Shown in pieces: positions 36,293-48,697 of a stretch of 64,000 nt of DNA (positions within the stretch are counted from its first letter, which is position 1; the number at the start of each line of letters is the position of its first letter). The translations under genes and the position numbers were made by a program. Source of the stretch: Mobula hypostoma (Eukaryota); assembly GCF_963921235.1 (NCBI RefSeq), contig NC_086097.1, positions 116,686,001 through 116,750,000 on the forward strand. The letters are read 5' to 3'. The notes beneath the pieces are model-generated. The model searched no databases. It saw only the letters and a program-made list of their open reading frames with translations, and had not been told where the DNA came from.

Positions 36293-37269
36293 AAGAAGCA
36301 AGTAGCAAAGCTTCAAGACTCAGAATTATGTTGAGGGTTGCTTTTGGCTTTTCAGCTTCATTAATCTTTATAATGAAGTGTTGCTTCAACTGAGTTTGTT
36401 GTTTTTTCTCTTCAACAAATTAGGGCATTCGTTTTTATACTTGTGGGGAATAGATGTACAGTTGCCTACCACCAATGAATACAGGAACACCCTTAAGGCA
36501 ATCAATTTTATTCTGTCTAGTTTATACCTGGGCTTGATATGTTTGGCTCTAGTTTAACGATATACCATCAACCATAAGATAAGTTTGGTCTTCCAACCAC
36601 AAGATACAATTTTCCTTACATAGCTTGTTACACCTGTAATTTTCCCTCTGGTCCCAGCACTTTATTTTCCTATCATATATGAGATAGTTTTATACTTTGT
36701 CTACTTCATTGAATTTTTAAACTCCATTAAATTGCTCTCCATGTGTATAGAGGCCAGGGTCGATAAGATGAATTCATGCACAGTTTAAACTTGTCGACCC
36801 TGATATAATTTTGTGAAACTACGGTTTATATCATTCATAATCAGTTTATTACTTCTACATGCTCCAGGGAAGTAGTACTGAAAATTGACCAATACTCTGT
36901 ATAATTGAAGTTTTTATTTCCTCACCGTTGAATTCCAAACCCCTTAAGATAAAGGCCAATATTCCATTTGTCTTTTTGATTGGTTTATCTTAAAAAAGAT
37001 GATGCTTTGTGATTTAGAGCCCAAATAGTGTACATAATGGTAACCTGAAATTTAATCATTAAGTGCTGCAAGTACTCAACATGTGCAGAGAGAGGCAGAG
37101 TTAACGTTTCAGGCTGATTGGTTTTCATTTCTTATTTCTAAGAGAGTTAACTGCTATTACTTTACACACATGTTTTTGTTTCCTGAAGCACATTCAATCT
37201 GTCGGATTTCTGCTTTTTTGCTTTTCCTTGCACTTGCCTGACTATTAGCACTTCAGCTTATTGCTATCC

Positions 37270-37750
37270 GATGGGCTGCATCACTGTCTGGTATGGTGGG
37301 GTGGGGGTTACTACACAGCACCAAAAGAAGTTGCAGAAGGTTGTCAATTTAGTTGGCTCCATCTTGGGTACTAGCCTGCAAAATTGACCATCTTCAAGGA
37401 GTGGTGTCTCGGAAAGGCAGCGTCTATTATTAAGGATCTCCAGCACCCAGGGCATCGGGTAGGAGGTACAGAAGTCAGAAGGCACACACTCAGCGATTTA
37501 AGAACAGTTTCTTCCCCTCTGCCATCTGATTCCTAAATGGACATTGAACCCTTGGACACTTCCTCACCTTTTTAGTATATATTATTTCTGTTTTTTGTAC
37601 AATTTTTAAACTATTCGATATACATATACCGTAATTGATTTACTTATTTATTTATTGTTATTTTTTTCTCTATTATATATTGCATTGAACTGCTTATTAA
37701 ACAAATTTCGTGACATGTGCCGGTGATAATAAACTTCATTTCGATTCTGA
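37270..37750 (+). mobile_element. Rex1/Babar-like LINE 3' fragment
   Basis: GGCTGCATCACTGTCTGGTATGG and a 3' UTR matching 21508-21880. Confidence 0.75.
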
Positions 37751-37810
37751 AAACACATTACATTAATCAACAAGTGGTGTTCATATAATTTGGAGATCTC
37801 CTGGTTATCT

Positions 37811-38312
37811 TGTTAGGGTGTATTCTGGAGTTATAGTGTATAGCAAATATTACTTTTAACAGCAACAGTCATCAGATTTGAATGTGGATTGCAGATTGAA
37901 TTTAAAATGCAACTCAGAACAATGGACTTCCTGGAGCTGCAGACTGGGGTGATTGCAGACCAGAGAATGCCCATTCAGCTGAGATGTCTGCATATGCATG
38001 AATGCAGCTAGAGAGACAGAGGTCTCAGTGGAACTAAAACTGATTTTGGATATGTTGGTGTGAAGATCTGGAGGTTTTTGAAATTATGTGCAACTCAAAG
38101 GAAGCATTATGAATACATTGTAATTTTATAAACTGTCTCGTTGTTATCGTTGTTCTTTAACATATAAAATGTGATGTAAAATGTGATGTTGGGTCAGGAG
38201 GCTTCTTCTTCCAAGAGTGTCTTAAGTGTGATTCCTGCTTGTTTGGCTGAATAAAGACTTCTATATCCTTCAGCTTCAGCACTCTCTGATAACTTTGTTC
38301 GCAGTCACAACA
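37811..38312 (+). mobile_element. Putative old solo LTR (502 bp)
   Basis: TGTT...AACA termini. AATAAA at 38250-38255. Flanks ATCT and GTCT (4-bp TSD with one mismatch). Confidence 0.5.
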
Positions 38313-38994
38313 GTCTTTCATACTTAATATTTAGTTACCTGAATAATTCCCAATTCATGATTGTGGTTTTACTCACATACAGTTCACCTGGGTTAATATG
38401 TATATTTCACATCTTTTTAAATTTCCAAAAAATTGATCTATCTTGCAAGTTTAATCCCTTTTTAATTCTCAAATCAAGTCTACAATTTTGTAATTTGATA
38501 ATAATTATTTCTAAAATACTCTGTTACTGATACTAACTAATTTTAGTTAGTTGCTCATTTTTGCATTGGCGATGATTTGGTTATTACTGAGTTTGAACAT
38601 AATGGTGTGAGAAAACACCCCTTCTGTTTGTTGGGTTGAATATGAATTTTGATTGCCTCAGTTAATGACTCTGATTCTTCCTTGCAATGTGAAGGCAATG
38701 CTCCTGTTTATCATCATGCTTTTCTGTGTATTTTATGTGAAGTGACAGAGGATCATTTTTGGTCCATTTTTATCAGTGAGTCAATTTCTAGATGAATTAT
38801 GTTTAGAATATCAAAAATCATGTTATAAATTAAATGAAATATGATAATTAAATAGCATAGAGGCAACATTAACAGAATAGATATAGTACAAGCCATCTTA
38901 AGAACAATTATCGAATCCTGCAGAATTTGTGCACTAGCTCAGGAAAGTGTATACAATAGATAGGCAGATCAGTCTAAGACCTCCTCCAATCAAC

Positions 38995-39697
38995 CCCTCT
39001 CTCAATGTCACAAAAAAAAGGAGCTGGTTGTGGACTACAGGAGGAATGGAGACTGGCTAACCCCTATTGACATCAATGGATCTGGGTTTGAGAGGGTGAA
39101 TGGCTTTAAGTTCCTCAGCATCCACATCACCAAGGATCTCACGTGGTTTGTACATACCAGCTGTGTGGTGAAGAAGTTTGGCATGGGCCCCCATATTCTA
39201 AGAACTTTCTACTGGGGCACAATTGAGAGCATCCTGACTGGCTGCATCACTGCCTGGTATGGGAACAGCAACTCCCTTAATCGCTGGACTCTGCTGAGAG
39301 TGGTGCGGACAGCCCAGTGCATCTGTAGATCTGTAGATGTGTAAATTCAGGACATTTACAGAGACAGGTGTGCAAAAAGGGCCCAAAGGATCATTGGGGA
39401 CCTGAGTCACTCCAACCACAAACTGTTCCAGCTGCTTTCATCCGGGAAACGGTACTGCAGCATAAAAACCAGAACCAACCGGCTCTGGGACAGCATCTAC
39501 CACCAGGCCGTCAGACTGATTAATTCACACTGATACAATTGTATTTCTATGCTACATTGACTGTCCTGTTGTACATATTATTTATTACAAATGACCATAA
39601 ATTGCACATTGCACATTTAGACGGAGATGTAACATGAAGATTTTTACTCCTCGTGTATAAGAAGGATGTAAGTAATAAAGTCATTTCAATTCAATCC
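38995..39697 (+). mobile_element. Rex1/Babar-like LINE 3' fragment
   Basis: ORF 39030..39344 contains LRTFYWGTIESILTGCITAWYG. (TTCAA)n tail. Confidence 0.8.
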
Positions 39698-39809
39698 ATT
39701 AGCTGTGTAGTTACTGCCTGAGTGCTTTTGATTTGGGTTGCTTACATTTGGTGTATTGAGGAGACTTCCAGTCTGTGAATGAAAGGATTGAAAACAATGT
39801 ACCTTTCTT

Positions 39810-40330
39810 AGCCAACACAGACAAAGTGCTGGAGGAGCGCAGCAGGTCAGGCAACATCTATGAAGGCAGTTTGGGCTGAGACCCTTCATCAGGACTGGAA
39901 AAGAAGGGGGAAGAAGCCAGAATAGGAAAGTGGGTGGGGGAGGGCAAGGAGTACAAGTTGGCAGGTGATAGGTGATACCAGGTGAGGGGGAAGGTGGTGG
40001 GTGCGGAGAAGTTGAAGTTAGAAGCTGGGAGGTGATAGGTGGAAGAAGTAAAGGCTGAAAAAGAGGGAATCTGTTAGGAGAATCCAGTGGAGTTTGGAAG
40101 AAAGGGAATGAGGAGGGGCACCAGATGGAGGTGATGAGAAAGGGAGAAAGGGGTGGGAGGATAAATTGCCATAGATGTTCATGCCACCAGATTAGAATCT
40201 ACCCAAACATAATACGACATGTTGCTCCTCCACCCTGAGTGTGGCCACATCGTGGCAGTAGACGAGAACATGGACCAATGTTGGAATGGGAATGGGAAGT
40301 GGAATTAAAATGTGTGGGCACCCAGACAAT
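39810..40330 (-). mobile_element. Penelope-like element 3' part (GIY-YIG C-terminus plus terminal repeat)
   Basis: Reverse complement of ~40170-40240 reads LRVEEQHVVLCLGRF*SGGMNI, compared with Penelope RLEEQHLIFRLGTLQPxGMN. CTGATGA core at 39886-39892. Confidence 0.7.
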
Positions 40331-41081
40331 CTCACCTTTTGTGGTAATAATGGTATCAGTTACAGTCTGTTTGTGCAGACTGTGTCCTCCCTCCCTCTCT
40401 GGACAACTTGGCAAATACTTTAAAAAACTACGCAGTGAAGCACCTCCATATTATTGTATCTCCAGTAAATCCCTTATTAAGTGCCTATTGTTCTGCAATT
40501 TTTGGCATGCAAACAGGAAATTATTGTACATAAAGCATCTCCCACTGGGAATATCAAAGTTTGCATAGAAGTGATAAAACAAATTACTGCAGCATTGTTT
40601 TGGCAGAATGCCATAGAGTTTCTTTGGCTGTACTCTCTCCATTGATCCCTTGAGATTATTATCATTATTAAATGCATGATTCTCTCTCCCGAATGTCACT
40701 AGAGAGTGAATCAAATTTCCTATGGCATTGCATGATTTAATTTTGTGGCATACAAATAGCATCAAGTTTACAGTCCACAGCAGCTGCATCCATCTGTGAT
40801 TTTTTGTCTGAAATTAAATCAAGTCAAAAACTGTTAAAAAAAAACTGAAATCCATTCCTGCAGTGAGCAAAATTAGCTGATTTAACCTGCATTAATTTGG
40901 TTCCTGCTGACTTTTTTTTGCTCTGCCCAGGTTATTTATTTGAATCCAACAGGCTTATGATAGACTTCTCAATTCCTTCCACGTTTTTAATGGTACTACA
41001 TATGTTCAGGAAGAGAAGGGAATAAACTATTTCTGTTGGTGTTTTCCATTACCAAAATAAATTGTTTCACCTGTGCCTTGG

Positions 41082-41485
41082 TGTTGTAGGGGAAAGAACA
41101 GTGAGGGCTAATAACCAGGAAATTGTGACGTGGATTGAGTTAATATGGTAACGGGCACCCGAACACGTGAATGCAGCACCAATGTCACCCAAGTCTCTGG
41201 ATCTTCGCTAACTATGTTAAAGTGTGCACCCATTGTCATAATAGGAAATTGGATGTAATTTTAGACCTGTGAATGATAATTTCATTCTATAATCAGGGAC
41301 TACAGATAGGTCTGCCTGTCGCTACCATTCTAATATCAAAATGTAGTTTTGCTGGTAATCTCGTCATCTGAGATTGTGAAAGCTGTTCCAAAGCCCTGCC
41401 CAGGTCTCCTGATGTGCACCAATTTTTAATAAATTACTCGTTATTTCAGACACCAACTCTGGTGATCTTTCAGCTTGCTCCTACA
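41082..41485 (+). mobile_element. Solo LTR (404 bp) with 5-bp TSD CTTGG
   Basis: TG...CA termini. TGTAGG/CCTACA inverted motif near the ends. AATAAA at 41428-41433. CTTGG at 41077-41081 and 41486-41490. Confidence 0.65.
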
Positions 41486-43914
41486 CTTGGCCTCAGGGGT
41501 CCCGTAAGTTTGATGGTACCCAAAGTGTCCTGTTAATAAACAAAGTTAAATCTTCACTATGGAAGCACATAGACTTCAAACCTAGCAATCAAAGTCTGGA
41601 ATCACTGTGGGACATATTGTGAGATTGGAAGGTAAGATATTATCAAGATAATCTGATGAGGGGAGTGATCTCTGCACTGCAGTTGATAGCATATGGAGCA
41701 CACCCAAATGCTGGTCCAAGAGCTATATCAATCAGTAATGTATGCCTCCTGGTGAAGTTGATTTAGATTTCGGAACATGCATCGCTATGGGAGTAGACCT
41801 CAGACACAGTGAACCATCATTTTGCAGAGAGCCTTTAGACAATGGTTCTTAGGTTTGTCCTGGAGAACACTCTCTTTAAAAAACTGCTCACTCGGTCATA
41901 TAGATTTCATTATTCTGAACAGAGTTGGAGGTATCGTCTAACTTGGGGAACAGTTTTCAGTTAGGGAATTCAGAAAATGCTGCAGATGCTGAAAATAAAA
42001 ATACAAAATGCTTGAAATGCTCAACAAATTTGTAGCAAGCTGTGGGGAGGGTGAAGGAGAGACTGATGAGAAAAGAGGTATTTCTGTGAGACCAGCTTGA
42101 TGCAGTTTAATTCCAACTTGTTTTCTCTCCATCCCTCGGCCTGAAACATTAACTCTGTTTCGTTTTCCAGCAATGCTGCCTCACCTGCAGAGAGTTTCCA
42201 GCATTTTCTGTTCTTATCTTCTGAAAATAAGAGTTTGGCCACTTTAAATGTGAATTCCAGATAATAATATTAAATTAAATACTTTCTTGATCCAAGTTGT
42301 ATTAAACTGAATTATACCAACCACTATTTCTCTCAGTCATCCAAAACATAAATTCCGAATATTACTTTTTAAATTCTTTATTGGAAGCATTAAACACATT
42401 TTTACTCATTAAACAATAGAGCTCATGTAAAGACAAAGAGGATGAGGAGGCACATCTTGCAGCAGTTTCTGTTGGTTAGCAGTTTTCAGGCCAGTTTTGG
42501 AAGAATTCGCAAAATCTTTTCAATGGATAAGAAAAGTGATGAATTTCACTTTCTGCATTAAATTTCAGAGCAAGATATCCTGCTATGTTTGATTAATTGA
42601 GTCCTCCTGCAGGAAGTTTTAATCTGTGCACTGCATCAGATGCTTAACTTAAGCTGTTCTCTGATGATGTGCTTGCTGCGTATACAAACACATACATTAT
42701 ATGCAGATTGTTCTACCTCTTGATATGGATTGTAAGGAAGAGTTTATTAATATTGTGCTCTCAAGGTTATATTTTGTGGACTGGAATTATCAAAGGAGTA
42801 TCAGGACTAAATGGTTAGATATTCCATTTATCTATTAACGAGACAACTCTAGCTCAGCATCGCAAATCTTTCTCTAATGTATTCTAATACTATGGGCTTC
42901 AGGCTCTTTGATTTGCCCTTCTGCCATTTCACTATCAGGGTACATTTTTTCCTGCATTATACTGTCAATTACTTGTGAAACATTCACCCAAATGTTATGG
43001 AATGAATCAACTCTTGTCACGCTGGGAATATTTCTTCATATCTACCCTGTTGAACCCTTTCAATATTTTGAGGATCTCCAGAGGATCATTTCTTGGTCTC
43101 TGAAACATAATTAAATCTTTTCTGAAAGTTGCATTCTCTCCATTTTGATAAAGTCCTTCCAACATTTTAATGTACTTTTACCATTTCAATATATGAGAGC
43201 CGGGTGGAGATAACATCTCTGCCAAAGGAGGTGTAGGGCGATCCCTCCCTCCGCAAACTGCTGGTCACCCTTGGGCAAGGTACAGCCCCCGCTTCGCCTC
43301 CTCCCACCCATATCAGGGTCAGTGTCATATGGAGCCATGGAGAAGGTGGTGGGTGGTCATATGAGCAGCTGGTGCATACCACAAGTTCTGACTATGCTGC
43401 CACTGACACTGGGCAGACAGTCTCTGAGGAGTATTGATAATGGTTAGGCTCACCCGTCTTGTTGCTTATTGCATATTGCTACATTTAACATGTACATATA
43501 TTTTCAAATCTCTATCTTATGCCTTATGTAGTCTGTTTCAAGAAATATTTGGCTTGGAGAACTATTTTGTAACTTATTCTACTGAACTTAATTTACTATT
43601 TATCTTTGCAAATGCTCCTACATTCATTTATGTTAAATATAACACAACATATAGTAGCAAATTTACTGCCTGTATTGACTCTATGGCAGGCTGAATTTAT
43701 ATTCTATTCCAGAGGCCTGAGCGTATAATGTAGCCAACACTCCATAGCAAGATTAAACCAGCTGCATGAAAAAAATGTTTAGCTACTTGATGACTCATTG
43801 ATGCTAACAGACCATTTCACAGCAGCATTGACCACATTTCAAAAAATATTTCATTGATTGTTAAGGAACGTGCTCTTTTCTTTGCATCATCTGCAAATTT
43901 CCATTTCCTTGTTG

Positions 43915-44120
43915 CCTTCTGCTGCTGCAGCCTATCCACTTCAAGGTTTGATGCATTGTGAGTTCAGAGATGCTCTTCTGCACATCTCTGTCGTAATGCA
44001 AAATTATTTGAGTTACTGTCGCCTTCCTGTCAGCTTGAACCAGTCTGGCACCATTCTCCTATGATTTATCTCATTAACAAGGCATTTTCTCCCACAAAAT
44101 ATAGTCCATTCTGTGGACTG
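43915..44120 (-). mobile_element. Non-autonomous Tc1 derivative fragment
   Basis: Matches 3820-3890 and 23230-23340. Confidence 0.6.
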
Positions 44121-44229
44121 GACAATATTAAGGGATTTATCTTCGTGTCTGAATGAACATTGTCACAGATTTCATCCAGATCTGTGTGGGTGAGTGTGTG
44201 CCTGTGAGAACATACAGGAGATCTGTAGC

Positions 44230-45915
44230 CTGCTGAAGGGTAGATCTGTGGCATTCAAGACTGGTGATCCAGAACCACAAAAGGAGTCCAGGTAAGATGT
44301 TTGAGAGGCTACCTTAAGGGCTTAAAAAGAACTCCTATTGAGGTTAGAGATGGAATCAGATACATGACAACTCTGGCAGGGTTTGCAAACCATTGCATCC
44401 AATAAAGCAAAACCGAACATCTGTGCTGCTTCATTCCCAGATAAGCTAATGGCTTTTATGCAGGCTTTGAAAGGAGGAATAAAACTGCACCTGTGCAAAT
44501 CCCTGCAGCATCTGGCGACCCTGTGATCTCTATCCCGGGGGCCGATGTCAGAACATCTTTCAAAAGGTCAGGCCCTGATGGTGTACGTGGTAGGGCTCTG
44601 AAAATGTGTATCAGCCAAGGAGCATTCAAGGACATCTTCAATCTCTTCCTGCTGCAGTCAGAGGCCCCTTTTTGTTTCAAAAGGGTGACAATCTTACCAG
44701 TGCCCAGAAGATTAGGGTGAACTGCTTCAATAACTATTGCCCAGTGGCACTCAAATCTGCACTGATGAAGTGTTTTGAGACATTGGTCATGGTTTGAATC
44801 AACTCCAGGCTAAGCAAAGACCCGCTGCCATTTGCCTATTGGGTCAATAGGTCCACAGCAGATGCAAATGTTAATACATACGTCAGATTGCTGTTTGTTG
44901 ACTACAGCTCAGGATTCAAGATAATCATACCCTCTGTTCTAATCAGCAAGCACTGAATCCTGGGCCTCTGTACCTCCCTCTGCAACTGGGACGTTAAAAT
45001 CTTCATGGAAGACCACAGTCTGTGGATCAGAAATAACATCTCCTCCTTGCTGACGATCAACACTGGTGCACCTCAGAGATATATGCTTAACCCACTGCTC
45101 TTCTCTCTTTATCCCCATGATTGTGTGGTTAGGCACAACTCAAATGGCATCTATAAAACTGCAGATGACACAACTGTTGTTGGCAGAATTTCAGATGGTG
45201 ATGAAGAGCCGTACAGGAGCAAGATAGATCAGCTGGTTGAGTGATGTCGCAGCAGCAACATTGCACTCAACGTCAGAAAGACAAAAGAATTCATTGTGGA
45301 CTTCAGGAAGCGGATGTTGAGGGGACACGCACCAATTGTCACTGTGGGATCAGAAGTGGAAAGGGTGAACAGAGTCTAGTTCCTAAAGGTCAACAGACTG
45401 GGCCCAACATATTGGTGCAATTACTAAGAACAGCAGCTATATTTCATTATGAGTTTCAGGAGAATTGGTATGTCATCAAAGACACTTGCAAGTTCCTACA
45501 GTGGTACCATGGAGAGCATTCTAACTGATTGCATCATCATCCGGTATGGAGGGGCCACGGCACAGGACTGGAAAAAGATGCAGAATGTTATAACCTCAGG
45601 CAGTTCCATCATGGGCACTAGCCTCCCCACCACCCAGGACATGCCCTCTTCTCATTGCTACCATCAAGGAGGAGGTACAGGAGCCTGAAGGCACACACTC
45701 AATGTTTCAGGAGCAGCTTCTTCCTACCCGTCATCAGATTTCTGAATGGGCATGAGTTTCCACCTCAGTGTTTTTCACTCCCTCTTTTCACTATTTATTT
45801 AGCTTTTTTATTGTAATTTATACTTTTTATTATTATGTATTGCAATGCTTTGCTGCTGCAAAACAACAATTTTCAGACCATATTCCAGTCATATGAACCT
45901 GATTCTGATTCTGAA
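44230..45915 (+). mobile_element. Rex1/Babar-like LINE, RT remnant to 3' tail
   Basis: Motifs GPDGV, TGAPQ..LNPLLFSLYPHDC, ADDTTVVG and TMESILTDC. Tail CCTGATTCTGATTCTGA. Confidence 0.85.
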
Positions 45916-45924
45916 CTGATGCTC

Positions 45925-46046
45925 ACCAGGTGCTTTTTTTGTTGTTTTGCTCGCCATTCTCAGTAATCTCTAGAGACTGTTGTGCGTGAAAATCCCAGGA
46001 GATCAGCGGTCTCTGAGCTACTCAAACCACCCCGTCCGGCACCAAC
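45925..46046 (-). mobile_element. Non-autonomous Tc1 derivative fragment truncated by the Vingi-like LINE
   Basis: Minus strand encodes VGAGRGGLSSSETADLLGFSRTTVSR. Confidence 0.7.
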
Positions 46047-48188
46047 CTCCTGGCTGTTTGTATCGGCTTTAAAAGCAGTAATTAGCAGAACATACCTAGA
46101 GGCTGCAGAACCAACTATATTCAGGGATTGACTAGCGATATCAAGCAAAGTTATGATAAGTATGTCAACTTATAGGACCGTTTGCTCAAGACAAAATTGA
46201 AATGCGAAAGTCAGTTCTGTCCCTACTGAGCCAAGAGAGACAACAGAGTTGGCAGGAACTGATAGAAAACACAGACATAACCAAGAACAGTAAGAAGGTA
46301 TGGGCAACTGTTTGGAAACTCAACTCAGACAATAGACCACCACAGAGAATTGCTGCCGTAACACCAAATCAGGTTGCCCACCAACTAATACTAAATGGTC
46401 AACCAAGTAACAAGGAATGGAGGCAAAAGAAAAAGCAACATCAGGAGATGGAGTCAGCTCTGTCAAACGGGAATAACAACTTCCCACCTCTCACCCTAGA
46501 AGAATTAAAGGATGAAGTATCACAGCTAAAATCCAATAAAGCTGCTGGCATAGATGGGATTCTTAATGAATTACTTAAATATCTTGGACCTATAGCACTC
46601 CACTGGCCTCTGTCCCTTTTTAACTGTTGACTAAGACCATTAAAAATACCTAAAAAGTGGAGAAGAGCTGAAGTTGTTGCTCTCCTAAAACTTAATAAAA
46701 ATCCCAACATTTCTAAAATTTACAGACTGATTTCCTTGCTCTGCACCCTCTACGAGAGACTCATACTAAAAAGAATATCCCCTTAGTCGAAGATCTTCTA
46801 ACAACAGATCAAGCCGGGTTCAGGCCAGGCCGCTCTTGCTGCGGTCAAGTCCTGAACTTAACCCAGTTTATTGAAGATGGCTTTGAAATGCGACAAATTG
46901 CAGGGGCAGTATTCGTTGACTTAACAGCAGCATATGACACTGTGAATCACAGAGGCCTTCTAGTGAAATTATCTAAAATGTCAAAGAATGAAACCACAGT
47001 CAAAGTAATAAGAAACCTCCTAGAAAGTCATAGATTTTATGTAGAAAAGAATGGAATTAAGAGTAGGTGGCATCCACAAAAGAACGGACTACCGCAGGGA
47101 TCTGTCCTGGCACCTCTACTATTTAATATTTATACAAACGTCCAACCAACCTTTCCTAACACACGCAGGTTTATCTATGCAGACGACCTATGCATAGCAA
47201 CACAAGCTAACTCCTTCCAAGATGTTGAAGTACGACTTAAAGCAGTCCTCGAAACAATGAAACTGTATTATGAAAAATGGTCTCTGAACCCAGATCTATC
47301 AAAAACTCAAGTGTGTGCATTCCACTTGAGGAATCGAGAAGCAGCTCGGAAACTCAAGATCTTCTGGTGTGGGAAGGAGCTCGAACACCATCCGACTCCA
47401 ATTTACCTAGGCGTGACACTGGATAGGGCGCTCTCATTTGCCACACACATCCAAAAACTCCGAGGGAAAGTTGGCTGTCACAATTCTCTCTTGAAAAAAT
47501 TAGCAGGCATGAAATGGGGTGCTAATGCTCACACACTTAGATCAACTGCCCTAGCGCTCTGCTATGCACCTGCAGAATACTGTGCACCTGTGTGGAGCAG
47601 ATCAGCCCATGCAAAGAAAATAGACCCATTGCTTAATGAAGCCTGCCGAATAATCACGGGCACACTGCGCCCCACATCCATTAACATCATTTACAGACTT
47701 GCAGGCATTGCTCCCCTAGAGATCCGAAGACACACTACAACAAAAATTGAAAAAGGTAAACGGAACTTGGATCCACGGCACCAACTACATCATCATGTGC
47801 CAATTTAAAAGCGAGGAAAAGCTTTGCTACAGTGGAGGAACTAGCGCACGGAACATCCCCCCCAAACATACAGGATTGAACTCTGGCACAAACAGAAGCC
47901 AGAACCCCACCAAACAATACAGTGCAAGACCCCACAGAAATGTTGACAGACGGAAGTGGCGCACTCTGAACAGAGCGAGAGCGGGAGTTTGTAGGACGGG
48001 AGACAATATGGTGAAGTGGGGCTTAAAGACCAGCGAATCCTGTGAGTGTGGCGAAAGGGTGCAGAACGTTGAACATGTTCTGCGCAACTGCCCACTCTCA
48101 CGTGATTTAGCTGATGCTGACCTGCTCAACATCAACCAAACAACACAAAAGTGGCTGGCTGTCTGATGTGAAAAGCTATGATGATGAT
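46047..48188 (+). mobile_element. 5'-truncated Vingi/Ingi-like non-LTR retrotransposon (RT plus CCHC, no RNase H)
   Basis: Motifs KAAGIDG, FVDLTAAYDTV, GLPQGSVLAP, YADD, YLGVTLD, WGANAHTLRSTALALCYAPAEYCAPVW and CECG...HVLRNC. (ATG)n tail at 48178-48188. Several stops and frameshifts. Confidence 0.8.
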
Positions 48189-48697
48189 CTACATGAATAA
48201 CTGAGCTACATTATGTGGTACATTTACATATTTCAGCTGATGGTATTGAATATTTCCGATGTTTATAGTGTGTGTCAATCAAATGGACTGTCTGTTCTGC
48301 TGTCAAGTTGTCATGGAAACTTGCAGCATGTAAGTAGACATCTTCAGCCTGTTGAGTCTATGCTCATTATCACACACTCTTGGAATCTTACACCAAGAGT
48401 TTTTTCTCTCATTATTCGAATAAACTCCCTCCAAATTTTGCTGTTAAACTATGGGCAGGTTACTTTGATTATTGGGCTTCATGACTGTTGTCAGAACTCG
48501 ACTCATCTAGGTAAATGCAGAGCATTTGAGCATGCATTGTAAGTGGTAGAAAGGCCTTTGGGTGTTTGGAGCAGAGTCACATGTCAGAAGATGCCCAACC
48601 GCCAACCTGACGTTGTATCTGCTATGTTTATGTTGCTGAGCTTTTGGACATTGATGGCTCCCAGGGTGTTGCTGCCAGTTAACTGAGTACGAGTAAC

